Shown piece after piece: positions 43,962 to 52,706 of a DNA stretch of 64,000 nt. The first letter of the stretch is position 1; every line of letters begins with the position of its first letter. The DNA is taken from the NCBI GenBank assembly GCA_013285505.1, contig CP053450.1, positions 292,796 to 356,795 on the forward strand, read 5' to 3'. The stretch is from Planctomycetota bacterium (GTDB taxonomy: Bacteria > Planctomycetota > Phycisphaerae > Phycisphaerales > UBA1924). The notes under the pieces were generated by a model. That model saw only the letters and a list, made by a program, of their open reading frames with translations. It was not told where the DNA came from and did not search any database. Both the position numbers and the translations under genes were made by a program.

Positions 43962-44357
43962 GGCGTGCTCCTCGCACTGGGGCTCCGGCCCCGACGACTC
44001 GCGGCGGTGCTGGGGGGGAGCTGCACCCGTCGCGAATCTTCCAGTTGCTCTCTCGCGCCGTCGCGGCCGCGAAACGCGGGGGTCGGACGCAGCGGCGGCT
44101 TGTGTTCGCCTCTCGGTCAGAGACGACAGATCCCGCCAGCGTCCTCATTGTGACGATCCGCCCGCCGATTGCAAGGACCAAATCCGGGCGTAGGGCCTGG
44201 GCTCGATGGCGGAAGCTGGGAAAGCTCGCCGCGACACGAGTGTGCTGCCATCAGTCTTTGCACAATCGACGGTGGCGAGAAAGAACTTCGATCCGCTGCG
44301 GGTCTTTGTTACACTTTCTGTGCCCGTTTGCTTCACTTGTACCCGGAGTTGAACCTC

Positions 44358-44756
44358 ATGAAGACCACACCCACACTGTTGGCGTTTGGGCTGTCTGTTG
44401 CCATCGCCGAGTCGGCCGGGGCACAGATGTTCTCCATTCCCTGGCACACGATCGACAACGGCGGTGGCAGTTCGGTCGGTGGGTCGTTTGTGCTCACGGG
44501 CACCATCGGCCAGCACGATGCCCACCCATCGATGACCGGCGGCGGCTTCACGCTGACCGGCGGCTTCTGGGCGGCGGACGAGGTCGACGTGTGCGTCGGC
44601 GACTTCAACGGCGACGGCACCGTCAACACACTCGATGTACTCGCCTTTCTGAACGCCTGGACCGCCGGAGAGGGTTCGGCGGACATCAACGGGGACGGAA
44701 CCGTGAACACGCTCGATGTACTCGCCTTTCTGAACGCCTGGACCGCCGGCTGCTGA
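44358..44756 (+). CDS. small secreted Gly-rich protein with dockerin-like tail (paralog of 39581..39979)
   Basis: ATG 44358. MKTTPTLLAFGLSVAIAESAGAQ is a signal peptide. FSIPWHTIDNGGG..GGSFVLTGTIGQHDAH..MTGGGFTLTGGFWA, then CVGDFNGDG...NAWTAGC-stop. Confidence 0.75.
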   Translation: MKTTPTLLAFGLSVAIAESAGAQMFSIPWHTIDNGGGSSVGGSFVLTGTIGQHDAHPSMTGGGFTLTGGFWAADEVDVCVGDFNGDGTVNTLDVLAFLNAWTAGEGSADINGDGTVNTLDVLAFLNAWTAGC

Positions 44757-44792
44757 ACGGACCGCACTTGCCACGTATTGGAGGAGACAATC

Positions 44793-46436
44793 ATGCGTCA
44801 CTGCCCACGACTCGCCGCTCTGCTCGCCATAACGGTGCTGCACTCGCCCGCGGCTGCGCAGGAAAGCGATCTGACCTATCAGGGCCAGCTGCTCGAGAGC
44901 GGCGCGGCCGCGGACGGAACGTACACCGCAGTCTTTACACTGTGGGACGCCGACACGGGAGGTTCGCAGGTCGGGCCAACCAATATCAGGGAGGGGCTCG
45001 TGGTGACCAACGGGTTGCTCACCGCGCAGCTCGACTTTGGGGCGGACGCGTTCAATGGTGCGCGCTGGCTTGAAATCGCCGTCGATGGCCAGACACTTAC
45101 GCCACGGCAGAAGATGACATCGGCGCCTAAAGCCACGCGGCTTGAGGGTGTCAACAACGCGCCGAACGGCCGGTTCGGCATCAACACGAGCAATCCCGCG
45201 GCCAAGTGGCATGTGGAACAGGACGACGGGATCGCGATCTACGGCCAGAGTCTGTTCGAGGACGCGATCGTCGGTGTCACGGCGACCAACGGCAAGTCGG
45301 CGCTGTGGGGCATCAGCAGCGCACCGAGCGGCTACGGGGTGCGCGGGCTTGTCGACTCAAGCCCCGGCACGGGTGCCGGTGTGTTCGGGAGTTCGTTTGC
45401 CGATCAGGGCGTGGGCGTGTTCGGGCAGGCGACCAATTCCGCCGGGGCGGGCGATGGTGTGGTCGGCACGACCGCCGCCACGCAGTCGCACTCGGCCGGC
45501 GTGCGCGGGATCGCCTCGAGCGCGTCGGGCACCGTGCACGGCGGGTACTTCGTCACCGAGAGCTTGGGGAACGGTGCCTCGGGGCTGGTGGCTCAGGCGA
45601 CCTCGAACACCGGCACGACGTTCGGTGTGCAGGCCTCGGTGTCGAGCCCCGGTGGCATCGCGGTGAGCGGGTACGTCGCGCCGGGTTCGGGCGGATACGC
45701 CGTCCGGGGCAACAACGGCAACTCGGACGGGTACGCGGGCTACTTCATCGGGCGCGGCCACTTCCGCGACCACACGTCTATCGGGAAGACGGGGGTGAAG
45801 GTGTCCAGCGCGGAGTGGTTCGGTGTGCACACCACCGCCGAGAGCGGACAATACGGCGGCATGTATATCAGTGGGCAGAACGCCGGGGCGTACCCGTTCT
45901 ACGGGTATTCAGCGAGCGGTGTCGGGGCGGATGCGTGGCACTACTTTGACGGCATCGCGCAGACATGGAACCTTAATGCCAACGGCAATCGTCTCTCTGT
46001 GAACAGATCAAACGGGTATGTCGGGTTCGGCGATTCCTCGCCGGACTACCCGCTGGACATGGCCAGCGGTGCCCGGTGCACCACCGGAGGGGTGTGGACC
46101 AACGCCTCGAGCCGAGAATGGAAGCACGAGTTCCAGAGCGTCGATGCGCGAGACATCCTCGACCGTCTGACGGCGCTGCCGATCACCGAGTGGACGTACA
46201 AGACGGAGGACGGCGTGCGTCACCTCGGGCCGGTGGCCGAGGACTTCGCCGCGGCGTTCGGGCTCGGTGACGACGCGCAGACCATCGGCACCATCGACGC
46301 CGACGGTGTCGCGCTGGCGGCGATCCAGGGGCTCAACCAGATCGTCCTCGAGAAGGACGCGGAGATCGCCGCGCTGCGCGACCGGATGACGCGGCTCGAG
46401 GCGATGGTCGAGGCCCTCGCCGCCGACCGCGACTGA
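44793..46436 (+). CDS. secreted tail fiber domain-containing protein with C-terminal peptidase S74 (endosialidase intramolecular chaperone)-like domain
   Basis: ATG 44793 after GGAGGAG. MRHCPRLAALLAITVLHSPAAAQ is a signal peptide. The N-terminal module is LTYQGQLLESGAAADGTYTAVFTLWDADTGGSQVG...LDFGADAFNGARWLEIAV. The C-terminal part is SSREWKHEFQSVDARDILDRLTALPITEWTYKTEDGVRHLGPVAEDFAAAFGLGDD..IDADGVALAAIQGLNQ plus a coiled coil. Confidence 0.8.
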   Translation: MRHCPRLAALLAITVLHSPAAAQESDLTYQGQLLESGAAADGTYTAVFTLWDADTGGSQVGPTNIREGLVVTNGLLTAQLDFGADAFNGARWLEIAVDGQTLTPRQKMTSAPKATRLEGVNNAPNGRFGINTSNPAAKWHVEQDDGIAIYGQSLFEDAIVGVTATNGKSALWGISSAPSGYGVRGLVDSSPGTGAGVFGSSFADQGVGVFGQATNSAGAGDGVVGTTAATQSHSAGVRGIASSASGTVHGGYFVTESLGNGASGLVAQATSNTGTTFGVQASVSSPGGIAVSGYVAPGSGGYAVRGNNGNSDGYAGYFIGRGHFRDHTSIGKTGVKVSSAEWFGVHTTAESGQYGGMYISGQNAGAYPFYGYSASGVGADAWHYFDGIAQTWNLNANGNRLSVNRSNGYVGFGDSSPDYPLDMASGARCTTGGVWTNASSREWKHEFQSVDARDILDRLTALPITEWTYKTEDGVRHLGPVAEDFAAAFGLGDDAQTIGTIDADGVALAAIQGLNQIVLEKDAEIAALRDRMTRLEAMVEALAADRD

Positions 46437-46469
46437 TCACCGAGACCAGATTCCGTCGCACCGACACGC

Positions 46470-46502
46470 AACGAGCCCCGGGAGGTGATCCCGGGGCTCG
46501 TT
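46470..46502. terminator. bidirectional rho-independent terminator between convergent genes
   Basis: aacgagccccggga-ggtga-tcccggggctcgtt is a perfect 14-bp stem followed by ggtttgg. It lies between the tail-fibre gene stop (46436) and the tkt stop (46546). Confidence 0.7.
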
Positions 46503-46545
46503 GGTTTGGCGTTCTGAGGATGTGGATGCGTACCCGCGGCTGCGA

Positions 46546-48519
46546 TCAGACGACCTGCAGCACGCTCATCACCTGCTTGACGATGTCCTGCGAGGTCAGG
46601 CCGCAGGAGGCCAGCAGTTCTTCGGGCGTGCGGCCGCTCTTGGGGATGTGGCGGACGTGCATCTGCTCGAGGGTGAAGCCGTCGCCGGAGCCGACGAGCG
46701 AGTCGGCGATAGCCGAGCCGATGCCGCCGCCGTAGTTGTCCTCGATGCTGATCACGTAGCCGTTGTTGGCGGCGATGATGTCGAGCAGCTTGTCGGTGTC
46801 GAAGGGCAGGCTGTAGAGGTCGACGAGCGTGGCGCTGACGCCCGCGGCGTCGAGGGTCTCGATAGCCTTGTTGGCCTCGTGGACCATGTAGCCCGCGGCA
46901 CAGAGCACGACGTCGCGTCCCTCGTGGAGCACCTCGAACCCGCCGAGGTTGAAGACCTGATCGTCGGAGTAGATGAATTCGGTCTCGGCGCGGAGCGTCC
47001 GCATGTAGCAGGCGCCTTCGTACTCGGCCATGACGCCGGTGAGGGCGTAGGCCGCGTAGGCGTCGGCGGGCTGGAGGATGTAGCAGCCGGGGTTGCCGCG
47101 GTGGTCCTTCATCGTGGTCCACGCGCGGAACCAGGCGACGTCCGGCAAGGACATCTGGCTGGGGCCGTCGGCGGCGAGGGTGACACCGGAGTGCGAGCCG
47201 ACGAGCTTGATGTTGGCCCCGGAGTTGATGGCCATCTCGATCTGGTCGTAGGCCCGGGCGAAGAACTTGCTGAAGGTCGAGCAGAAGGGGATCTTGCCGG
47301 CGGCGCTCATGCCGGCGCCGACCGAGACCATGTTCTGCTCGGCGATCTTGCACTCGAAGAACCGGTCGGCCAGGTCGCTCTGTTTGGCAAAGGTCTCGGC
47401 GAAGGTCGAATTGCTCACATCGGCGTCGAGGACGACGACGTCGTCGTTGATGCCGCCGAGGGCGCGGAGGGCGATGCCGTAGGCCTTGCGGGTCGCCAGA
47501 CGCCCGGCGTGCATGACGCTCTCCATATCCATGGAGCGCATGGTCTCGGCGAGGCCGGGCAGGTCGCGGGTCTGCTCGGCCCGGGCCGGGGCCTCGGCGG
47601 GGGGCTGGATCTCGAAGACGTCGCTGGCGCTGACCGAGCTGGTCAGCTCGATGCGGCGCTCGTCGAGCTCGGCCAGAGCGCGCTGCTGCAGCGCGTCGCC
47701 GCTGGCGGGCTTGCCGTGCCAGCCGCCGCCCTGCATGCTGGGGCAACCCCAACCCTTGACGGTCTTGGCGACGATCGCCAGCGGGGTCGCGTCGGCCTGG
47801 CCCTGGCGCTCGGTGAAGGCCTCGAACGCCTCCTTGATCGCGTCGGGCTTGTGGCCGTCGATCACCAGCGTCTCGAAGCCGAAGGCCTGGAGCTTCTTGG
47901 TGATGACCTCGGCGGACTGCTGGTCGGAGACCTTGCCGGTCTGGCCGTAGTTGTTGCAGTTGAAGATCGGGAGCACGTTGGTGAGCTTGCGTTCGGCGAT
48001 GTAGTCGAGCGCCTCGGCGACCTGACCCTCGCGCGACTCGCCGTCGCCGATGATGCAGTAGATGCACCGGTCGAGCCCGTCGAGCCGGGCGGCCTCGCCC
48101 AGGCCCGCGGCCACGCTGAGGCCCTGGCCCAGCGAGCCGGTCGCGGCGTCGAAGAACGGGAACCCCTCCATCGGGTTGGGGTGGCCGTCGAGCTCGCTGC
48201 TGAGCTCGCGGAGGTTGTTGAGGTCCTCCACCTTCAGCTTGCGGCGGTTGGCGGGGTCCTTGCCGTACATCACGCCGAGCTTGGCGCACGCGGCATAAAC
48301 GGCGGGGACCGCGTGGCCCTCGCTGAGCACCAGCCGGTCGCTGGTGGGGTAATCCGGGTAGTCGGGGCTCCACCGCATGGTGTCGAACATCAGGACGGTG
48401 ACAAGATGGGCGATGCTCAACGAGGTGGTCGGGTGCCCGCTGCCGGCGGCGGCGGTCATCTCGAGGCTGAGCCTCCCGATCTCGATGGCTTGGGAATGGA
48501 TCGCGGCTTCAAAGGACAT
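46546..48519 (-). CDS. tkt: transketolase (fused N- and C-terminal halves)
   Basis: AAAGSGHPTTSLS, VLSEGHAVPAVYA and IIGDGESREGQVAEAL form the TPP-binding part. The pyrimidine-binding and C-terminal domains follow (..AEQNMVSVGAGMS.., ..DLYSLPFD..). Confidence 0.9.
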   Translation of the reverse strand: MSFEAAIHSQAIEIGRLSLEMTAAAGSGHPTTSLSIAHLVTVLMFDTMRWSPDYPDYPTSDRLVLSEGHAVPAVYAACAKLGVMYGKDPANRRKLKVEDLNNLRELSSELDGHPNPMEGFPFFDAATGSLGQGLSVAAGLGEAARLDGLDRCIYCIIGDGESREGQVAEALDYIAERKLTNVLPIFNCNNYGQTGKVSDQQSAEVITKKLQAFGFETLVIDGHKPDAIKEAFEAFTERQGQADATPLAIVAKTVKGWGCPSMQGGGWHGKPASGDALQQRALAELDERRIELTSSVSASDVFEIQPPAEAPARAEQTRDLPGLAETMRSMDMESVMHAGRLATRKAYGIALRALGGINDDVVVLDADVSNSTFAETFAKQSDLADRFFECKIAEQNMVSVGAGMSAAGKIPFCSTFSKFFARAYDQIEMAINSGANIKLVGSHSGVTLAADGPSQMSLPDVAWFRAWTTMKDHRGNPGCYILQPADAYAAYALTGVMAEYEGACYMRTLRAETEFIYSDDQVFNLGGFEVLHEGRDVVLCAAGYMVHEANKAIETLDAAGVSATLVDLYSLPFDTDKLLDIIAANNGYVISIEDNYGGGIGSAIADSLVGSGDGFTLEQMHVRHIPKSGRTPEELLASCGLTSQDIVKQVMSVLQVV

Positions 48520-48900
48520 GCGTGCCTCCGCGGGGAAACGAGGTCGGTCATCCCGGGTGGGTGCGCACCCATCCCGTCCCGCCGACGAATGGGCGCACGA
48601 TCAGGCGGCACGCTCTCGCGTCACACCCCCACTGTTCGTCTGCCAACCCGCGGCAAGAAGAGGAGTATCTGCACCGGGGGGCGGAGTGGCAAGCCCAAAT
48701 CAGTAGTGGAACGGGATTTGCACGAGATAGGGATTGCCCTCAGGCCCGGGCTTTCCTTGAGTCTGTGGGGCTTCGTGAGGCTCGCGGGGGTCCCGATCGC
48801 CGCCCACGCACTAGACCTAGTGGGGAAACGCTGTTGAACCGCACGGCCTAGCCCCGCTGCGGGTAGACTCTGGCTCGATTTCTTAGACGGAGAATGCCCC

Positions 48901-50079
48901 ATGAAGGTCGTCTGCGACCGAGCCGCGTTGCTCGAAGCGATCAATCTCGTATCCGGCGTCGTCGCGACCCGCACGCCGCGGCCGCAGCTGACCTGCGTGA
49001 AGCTGACAGCGGCCAAGCACGGCAAGGGCGGCACGCTCACGCTGACAGCGACCGATGCCGAGATCTCCCTGCGCCTCCGGGTGGACAACGTGGACGTGCA
49101 GCAGCCCGGTGAGACGCTCATCCCGGCCGACAAGCTTCGTCAGATCGTCTCGGCCGAGGACAACGAGCCGACCCTCACGCTGGAGGCATCGGGCGACACC
49201 GTGGATATCCGGGGTGAGGACGCCCACTTCAAGGTGTATGGGCACCCCCCGGAGGAGTTTCCCTCGGTCGCGGAGTTCAAGGCCGCGGTCTCGGGCGCGG
49301 GCGGCAACCCGCCGGCCAAGGCGGTCTTCAAGCACCCGGCCAAGTCGCTCGGTGAGTTGATCTCGCGGACGTTGTTCGCGACGGCGCGGGAGAACACCCG
49401 GTACGCGATCAACGGTGTGCTGCTGAGCCGCGAGGGCAAGAAGCTGGAGATGGTCGCGACCGACGGCCGCCGGCTGGCCCTGTGCCGGGCCACGCTGACC
49501 GAGAAGGACGGCCCGAGTGTCAAGTGCATCGTGCCGACCAAGGCGCTGACGCTGCTGCAGCGGCTGCTGGGCTCGGCGCAGGGCGATGTGCACGTGGCCA
49601 TCACCGACAACCAGATCCTGTTCAATCTTTCCGGCGGCGAGGACGGCGGCGACGAGACCGCGGTGCTGGCCTCCAACCTCGTCGAGGGCGCCTTCCCGCC
49701 TTACGAGGATGTCATCCCCAAGGACAACGACAAGACCGTCCACGTGGACCGCGATGTGCTCTTCTCGGCGGTGCGGCGTGCGGCGCTCTTGACCAACGAG
49801 GAGTCCCGCGGCGTGCGCCTCAGCTTCACCGGCAGCGACAAGCGGCTCGACCTGTCCAGCCGTGCACCGGAGATGGGTGAGGCCAACATCCAGGTGGACC
49901 TGACGGAGTACAAGGGCGAGGACGTCGCGATCGGGTTCAACCCGGGCTTCATCACCGACGCGCTCAAGGTCGTGACCGACCCGGACGTCATCATCGAACT
50001 CAAGAAGGAGAACAAGCCGGGGCTGATCCGCTCGGGCGAGGACTTCCTCTATGTCGTGATGCCGGTGACGCTGCAGTAG
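48901..50079 (+). CDS. dnaN: DNA polymerase III subunit beta (sliding clamp)
   Basis: MKVVCDRAALLEAINLVSGVVATRTPRPQLTCVKLTA...TATDAEISLR...IPADKLRQIV...FPSV...NGVLL...LEMVATDGRRLA...EGAFPPYEDVIP...LKVV...IELK...PGLI is the canonical three-domain clamp pattern. Confidence 0.9.
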   Translation: MKVVCDRAALLEAINLVSGVVATRTPRPQLTCVKLTAAKHGKGGTLTLTATDAEISLRLRVDNVDVQQPGETLIPADKLRQIVSAEDNEPTLTLEASGDTVDIRGEDAHFKVYGHPPEEFPSVAEFKAAVSGAGGNPPAKAVFKHPAKSLGELISRTLFATARENTRYAINGVLLSREGKKLEMVATDGRRLALCRATLTEKDGPSVKCIVPTKALTLLQRLLGSAQGDVHVAITDNQILFNLSGGEDGGDETAVLASNLVEGAFPPYEDVIPKDNDKTVHVDRDVLFSAVRRAALLTNEESRGVRLSFTGSDKRLDLSSRAPEMGEANIQVDLTEYKGEDVAIGFNPGFITDALKVVTDPDVIIELKKENKPGLIRSGEDFLYVVMPVTLQ

Positions 50080-50106
50080 GCACGGAACACCATCTGCACA
50101 TGACAA

Positions 50107-50133
50107 GAACCCCCACGCGAGGCGTGGGGGTTC
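50107..50133. terminator. rho-independent terminator between convergent dnaN and the 50167..51471 gene
   Basis: gaacccccacgc-gag-gcgtgggggttc is a perfect 12-bp stem followed by tgtgtttct. Confidence 0.7.
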
Positions 50134-50166
50134 TGTGTTTCTCGGAAGAGATGTACCGACGCGGGC

Positions 50167-51471
50167 TCAGCAGCCGCCGGTCCAGAGGTTCAGGAAGGCG
50201 AGGAAGTCCACCGTGTTGACGGTGCCGTCGAGGTTGATGTCGGCGCAGGGGTCCTGGTTGTTCCAGCTATTGAGGTAGGCCAGCACGTCCTGAGTGTTGG
50301 CGATGCCGTCGCCGTTGACGTCGCCCATGCAGGCCAGGCCGCGGATCACGCCGGCGTCGGCGAGCGTGGCCGCGGCACCGTCGCCCGGGTTGGCGTTGAT
50401 CGTCACGTGCAGCCCGTTGAACGCGCGGCCCTCGAACTTCCAGGCGTCGTAGACGAAGTCGTCGTTCGGGTCGTCGGGGGTCTCGTTGTCGCTGGTGCGC
50501 TGCTCGGTATCGTCGAGGGTCGAGCCGACGAGCAGGACTGCGGCGCAGAAGTCGGCGCCGGTCACGCGGCCGTCAAAATCGATGTCCCCGGGCACGAAGC
50601 GGAACTGGGACTCGTTGACCGAGTCGTTGTACGCGCCGGGGGTGACGAAGAAGTCGGTGGTGTTGAACCCGGTCGGGGCGCCCATCTCGTCCACGTCGTA
50701 CTTGAGCGTGTCGAGCAGGAGGGTCTCGCCGTAGACGAGTTCCTCGTCGGCACGGCGCGGCTGCGGGCCGGGGTTGACGCCGTTGTACCCCACGCGGCTG
50801 ACCACGTCGGGGTTGAAGCCGGGGGTCTCGGAGATCTCGTCCTGGCTGTCGCGGGTGTACTCCTTGCCGCCGTTGTTGCTCCAGGCGATGTTGTCGACCA
50901 TCTGGTAGGGCTCGAGCACGCGGCCGTAGGACTGGTAGGGCGCACCGAAGTCGATGTGCGAGTCCCAGTTCTCGTCCGGGTCGATGTCCTTGCGCCACGA
51001 GGTGGTGAAGCCGCCGAAGTTGTCGACGGGGCGCTGGCGGACCAGCACATAGGTGGACGAGTCGTCGTTGCCCAGCTTGCCCGGGGTGTCGATGGTGTCG
51101 ATGTGCTGCAGCGTGAAGTACGCGATGGCGGTCTCGGGATCGGCCTCGGCCTCGCTGAAGCTGCCGCCGCCGGTGTCGTTGAGCAGCACCAGCAGGCCGT
51201 TGCTGCCGATGGTGAGCCCGTCGAGGCTGAAGGCCTCGTCGATCTCGGAGGGGAGGTCGGCGTTGTCGTCGCCGTCGGGGTCGTTGCCGCCCTTGACCAG
51301 CGCGATGGCGTAGCCGTCGAGTCTCATCCCGGGCGGGCCGTAGAACTCGACGAACTCCCAGAACTCGTCGTTGCCGCCGGGGGGGTTCTCCCAGACCTCG
51401 TTGATGACAACCTGAGCGCTCGACGCGGTGCCGAGTGCGCAGAGTAGCGCGAGTGCGGACATCTTCTTCAT
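50167..51471 (-). CDS. secreted lamin-tail-domain (LTD) protein with dockerin-like tail
   Basis: ATG 51471 (GGAGAG upstream). MKKMSALALLCALGTASSAQ is a signal peptide. VVINEVWENPPGGNDEFWEFVEFYGPPGMRLDGYAIA is the LTD signature. The tail is CMGDVNGDGIANTQDVLAYLNSW...NLWTGGC-stop. The track ORF extends upstream to 51801 in shadow sequence. Confidence 0.8.
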   Translation of the reverse strand: MKKMSALALLCALGTASSAQVVINEVWENPPGGNDEFWEFVEFYGPPGMRLDGYAIALVKGGNDPDGDDNADLPSEIDEAFSLDGLTIGSNGLLVLLNDTGGGSFSEAEADPETAIAYFTLQHIDTIDTPGKLGNDDSSTYVLVRQRPVDNFGGFTTSWRKDIDPDENWDSHIDFGAPYQSYGRVLEPYQMVDNIAWSNNGGKEYTRDSQDEISETPGFNPDVVSRVGYNGVNPGPQPRRADEELVYGETLLLDTLKYDVDEMGAPTGFNTTDFFVTPGAYNDSVNESQFRFVPGDIDFDGRVTGADFCAAVLLVGSTLDDTEQRTSDNETPDDPNDDFVYDAWKFEGRAFNGLHVTINANPGDGAAATLADAGVIRGLACMGDVNGDGIANTQDVLAYLNSWNNQDPCADINLDGTVNTVDFLAFLNLWTGGC

Positions 51472-51530
51472 GGGTTCTCTCCGTCTCTCAAGTGGTGTGT
51501 TCGTTGTGCCGGCGCCGGCGGGCGCCGTGT

Positions 51531-52469
51531 TCAGTCCCAGTACTTGCCGGAGCTCAGCTCGCCTCCGAAGACCTTCTTGTCGAGGTCCGGGTAGACGTAG
51601 CTGTCGTTCTCGCGATTGCCGCCGAACTCCTTGTCGCCGTTGGCATCGCGGAAACCCGCGACGTGGCCGTCGGCGAACAGGAAGTTGCCGGTGACGCGGT
51701 CGTGGCCCTTGCCGCCGGAGCTCAGGAACGAGCCCTTGCCGTGGGCGGGGCCGAGGTCGGTGAGGTCCTGCCAGGCCCACTGCCCGCCCTGGAAGTCCCA
51801 CCCGGGACCGTCGGTGAGCTGTTTGACGGTGGGGAGTGAGTCGCCCTCGAACTGGATGTTGTCGGCGACATCGAGCGTGTCGGTGCGGGCGTCGGCCATC
51901 AGCGGGACGAAGTTCGGCCCCACGTTGACCAGGTGCTTGCTAGTGAGCGGGCCGAGCGTGAAGGCGGGGTTCTTGCGGTCGTGCTGGTTGTTGCGCTTCT
52001 GGCGCATCTCGGTCATGGCCATGTACCAGACCTGGGTGTAGTTGGTGTTCATGCCCCGGCGGATGATCGCGTCGCGGTCCTGCTCGCTGAACGGTTTCCA
52101 CGCGTTCTCGTTCATGCGCGAGAGGATCAGGTTCTGGCTAAACTGCGCCGGAGCGCTCGGGCAGAGCATCTCACCCGGGAGCGCGTACTCGCCGTTGACG
52201 AAGTCGGCGACCCACCCGGCCTCGTCCATGGGCCCGTTGCCCCGGTTGCGTCGGTTGTCCCACGCGCCGGAGCAGTACGCGTCGCGGTTCGACGCCGCGT
52301 ACGAGAGCGAAGCAATGCCGGTCTGGCGCAGGTTGCTCGCGCAGACCGACTGCCGCGCCACCTCCCGCGCCCGGCCCAGCGCCGGCAGCAGGATGCCGAT
52401 GAGCAGCGCGATGATCGCGATGACAACCAGGAGCTCGATGAGCGTAAACCCGCGCTTGGTGACATACAT
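51531..52469 (-). CDS. DUF1559-type prepilin-like protein (N-terminal cleavage/methylation domain)
   Basis: ATG 52469. [49 protein letters not shown] is a class III signal plus pseudopilin helix. C-terminal NFLFADGHV is typical of the planctomycetal DUF1559 expansion. Confidence 0.85.
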   Translation of the reverse strand: MYVTKRGFTLIELLVVIAIIALLIGILLPALGRAREVARQSVCASNLRQTGIASLSYAASNRDAYCSGAWDNRRNRGNGPMDEAGWVADFVNGEYALPGEMLCPSAPAQFSQNLILSRMNENAWKPFSEQDRDAIIRRGMNTNYTQVWYMAMTEMRQKRNNQHDRKNPAFTLGPLTSKHLVNVGPNFVPLMADARTDTLDVADNIQFEGDSLPTVKQLTDGPGWDFQGGQWAWQDLTDLGPAHGKGSFLSSGGKGHDRVTGNFLFADGHVAGFRDANGDKEFGGNRENDSYVYPDLDKKVFGGELSSGKYWD

Positions 52470-52706
52470 GAGGCGACCCCGGTGGTGTGACGGATACACG
52501 ACGATGCGGAGACTAGACCGGCACCCGATCAACACCGTGTTCGGAACGCGCAAAGAACCCGTCAAGACTCTGTTTGAACGCACACGTTTAGCGCGTTCTG
52601 CAAAGAAGACGGCGGTGACCGTTCACTACCGTTGCGCATCGCGGCGGCGGTTGGTGCGGTGCACCGGCCGGTCGCGGCGAGTGAGAGTGAGAAAGAGAGA
52701 GACACC

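Noticed and set aside
37921-46436. Prophage, because two proteins carry tail-fibre-type domains
   Set aside because: No capsid, portal, terminase, tail tube/sheath, integrase or lysis genes are present. All four fibre/adaptor proteins have Sec-type signal peptides. Composition matches the host, and the neighbours are a CAZyme-like giant and a sigma/kinase pair.
48520-48900. Replication origin next to dnaN
   Set aside because: dnaN is not preceded by dnaA (tkt is divergent upstream). On a visual scan I did not see TTATCCACA-like boxes or an AT-rich unwinding element in the 380-nt spacer. I cannot exclude diverged boxes without a computed search.
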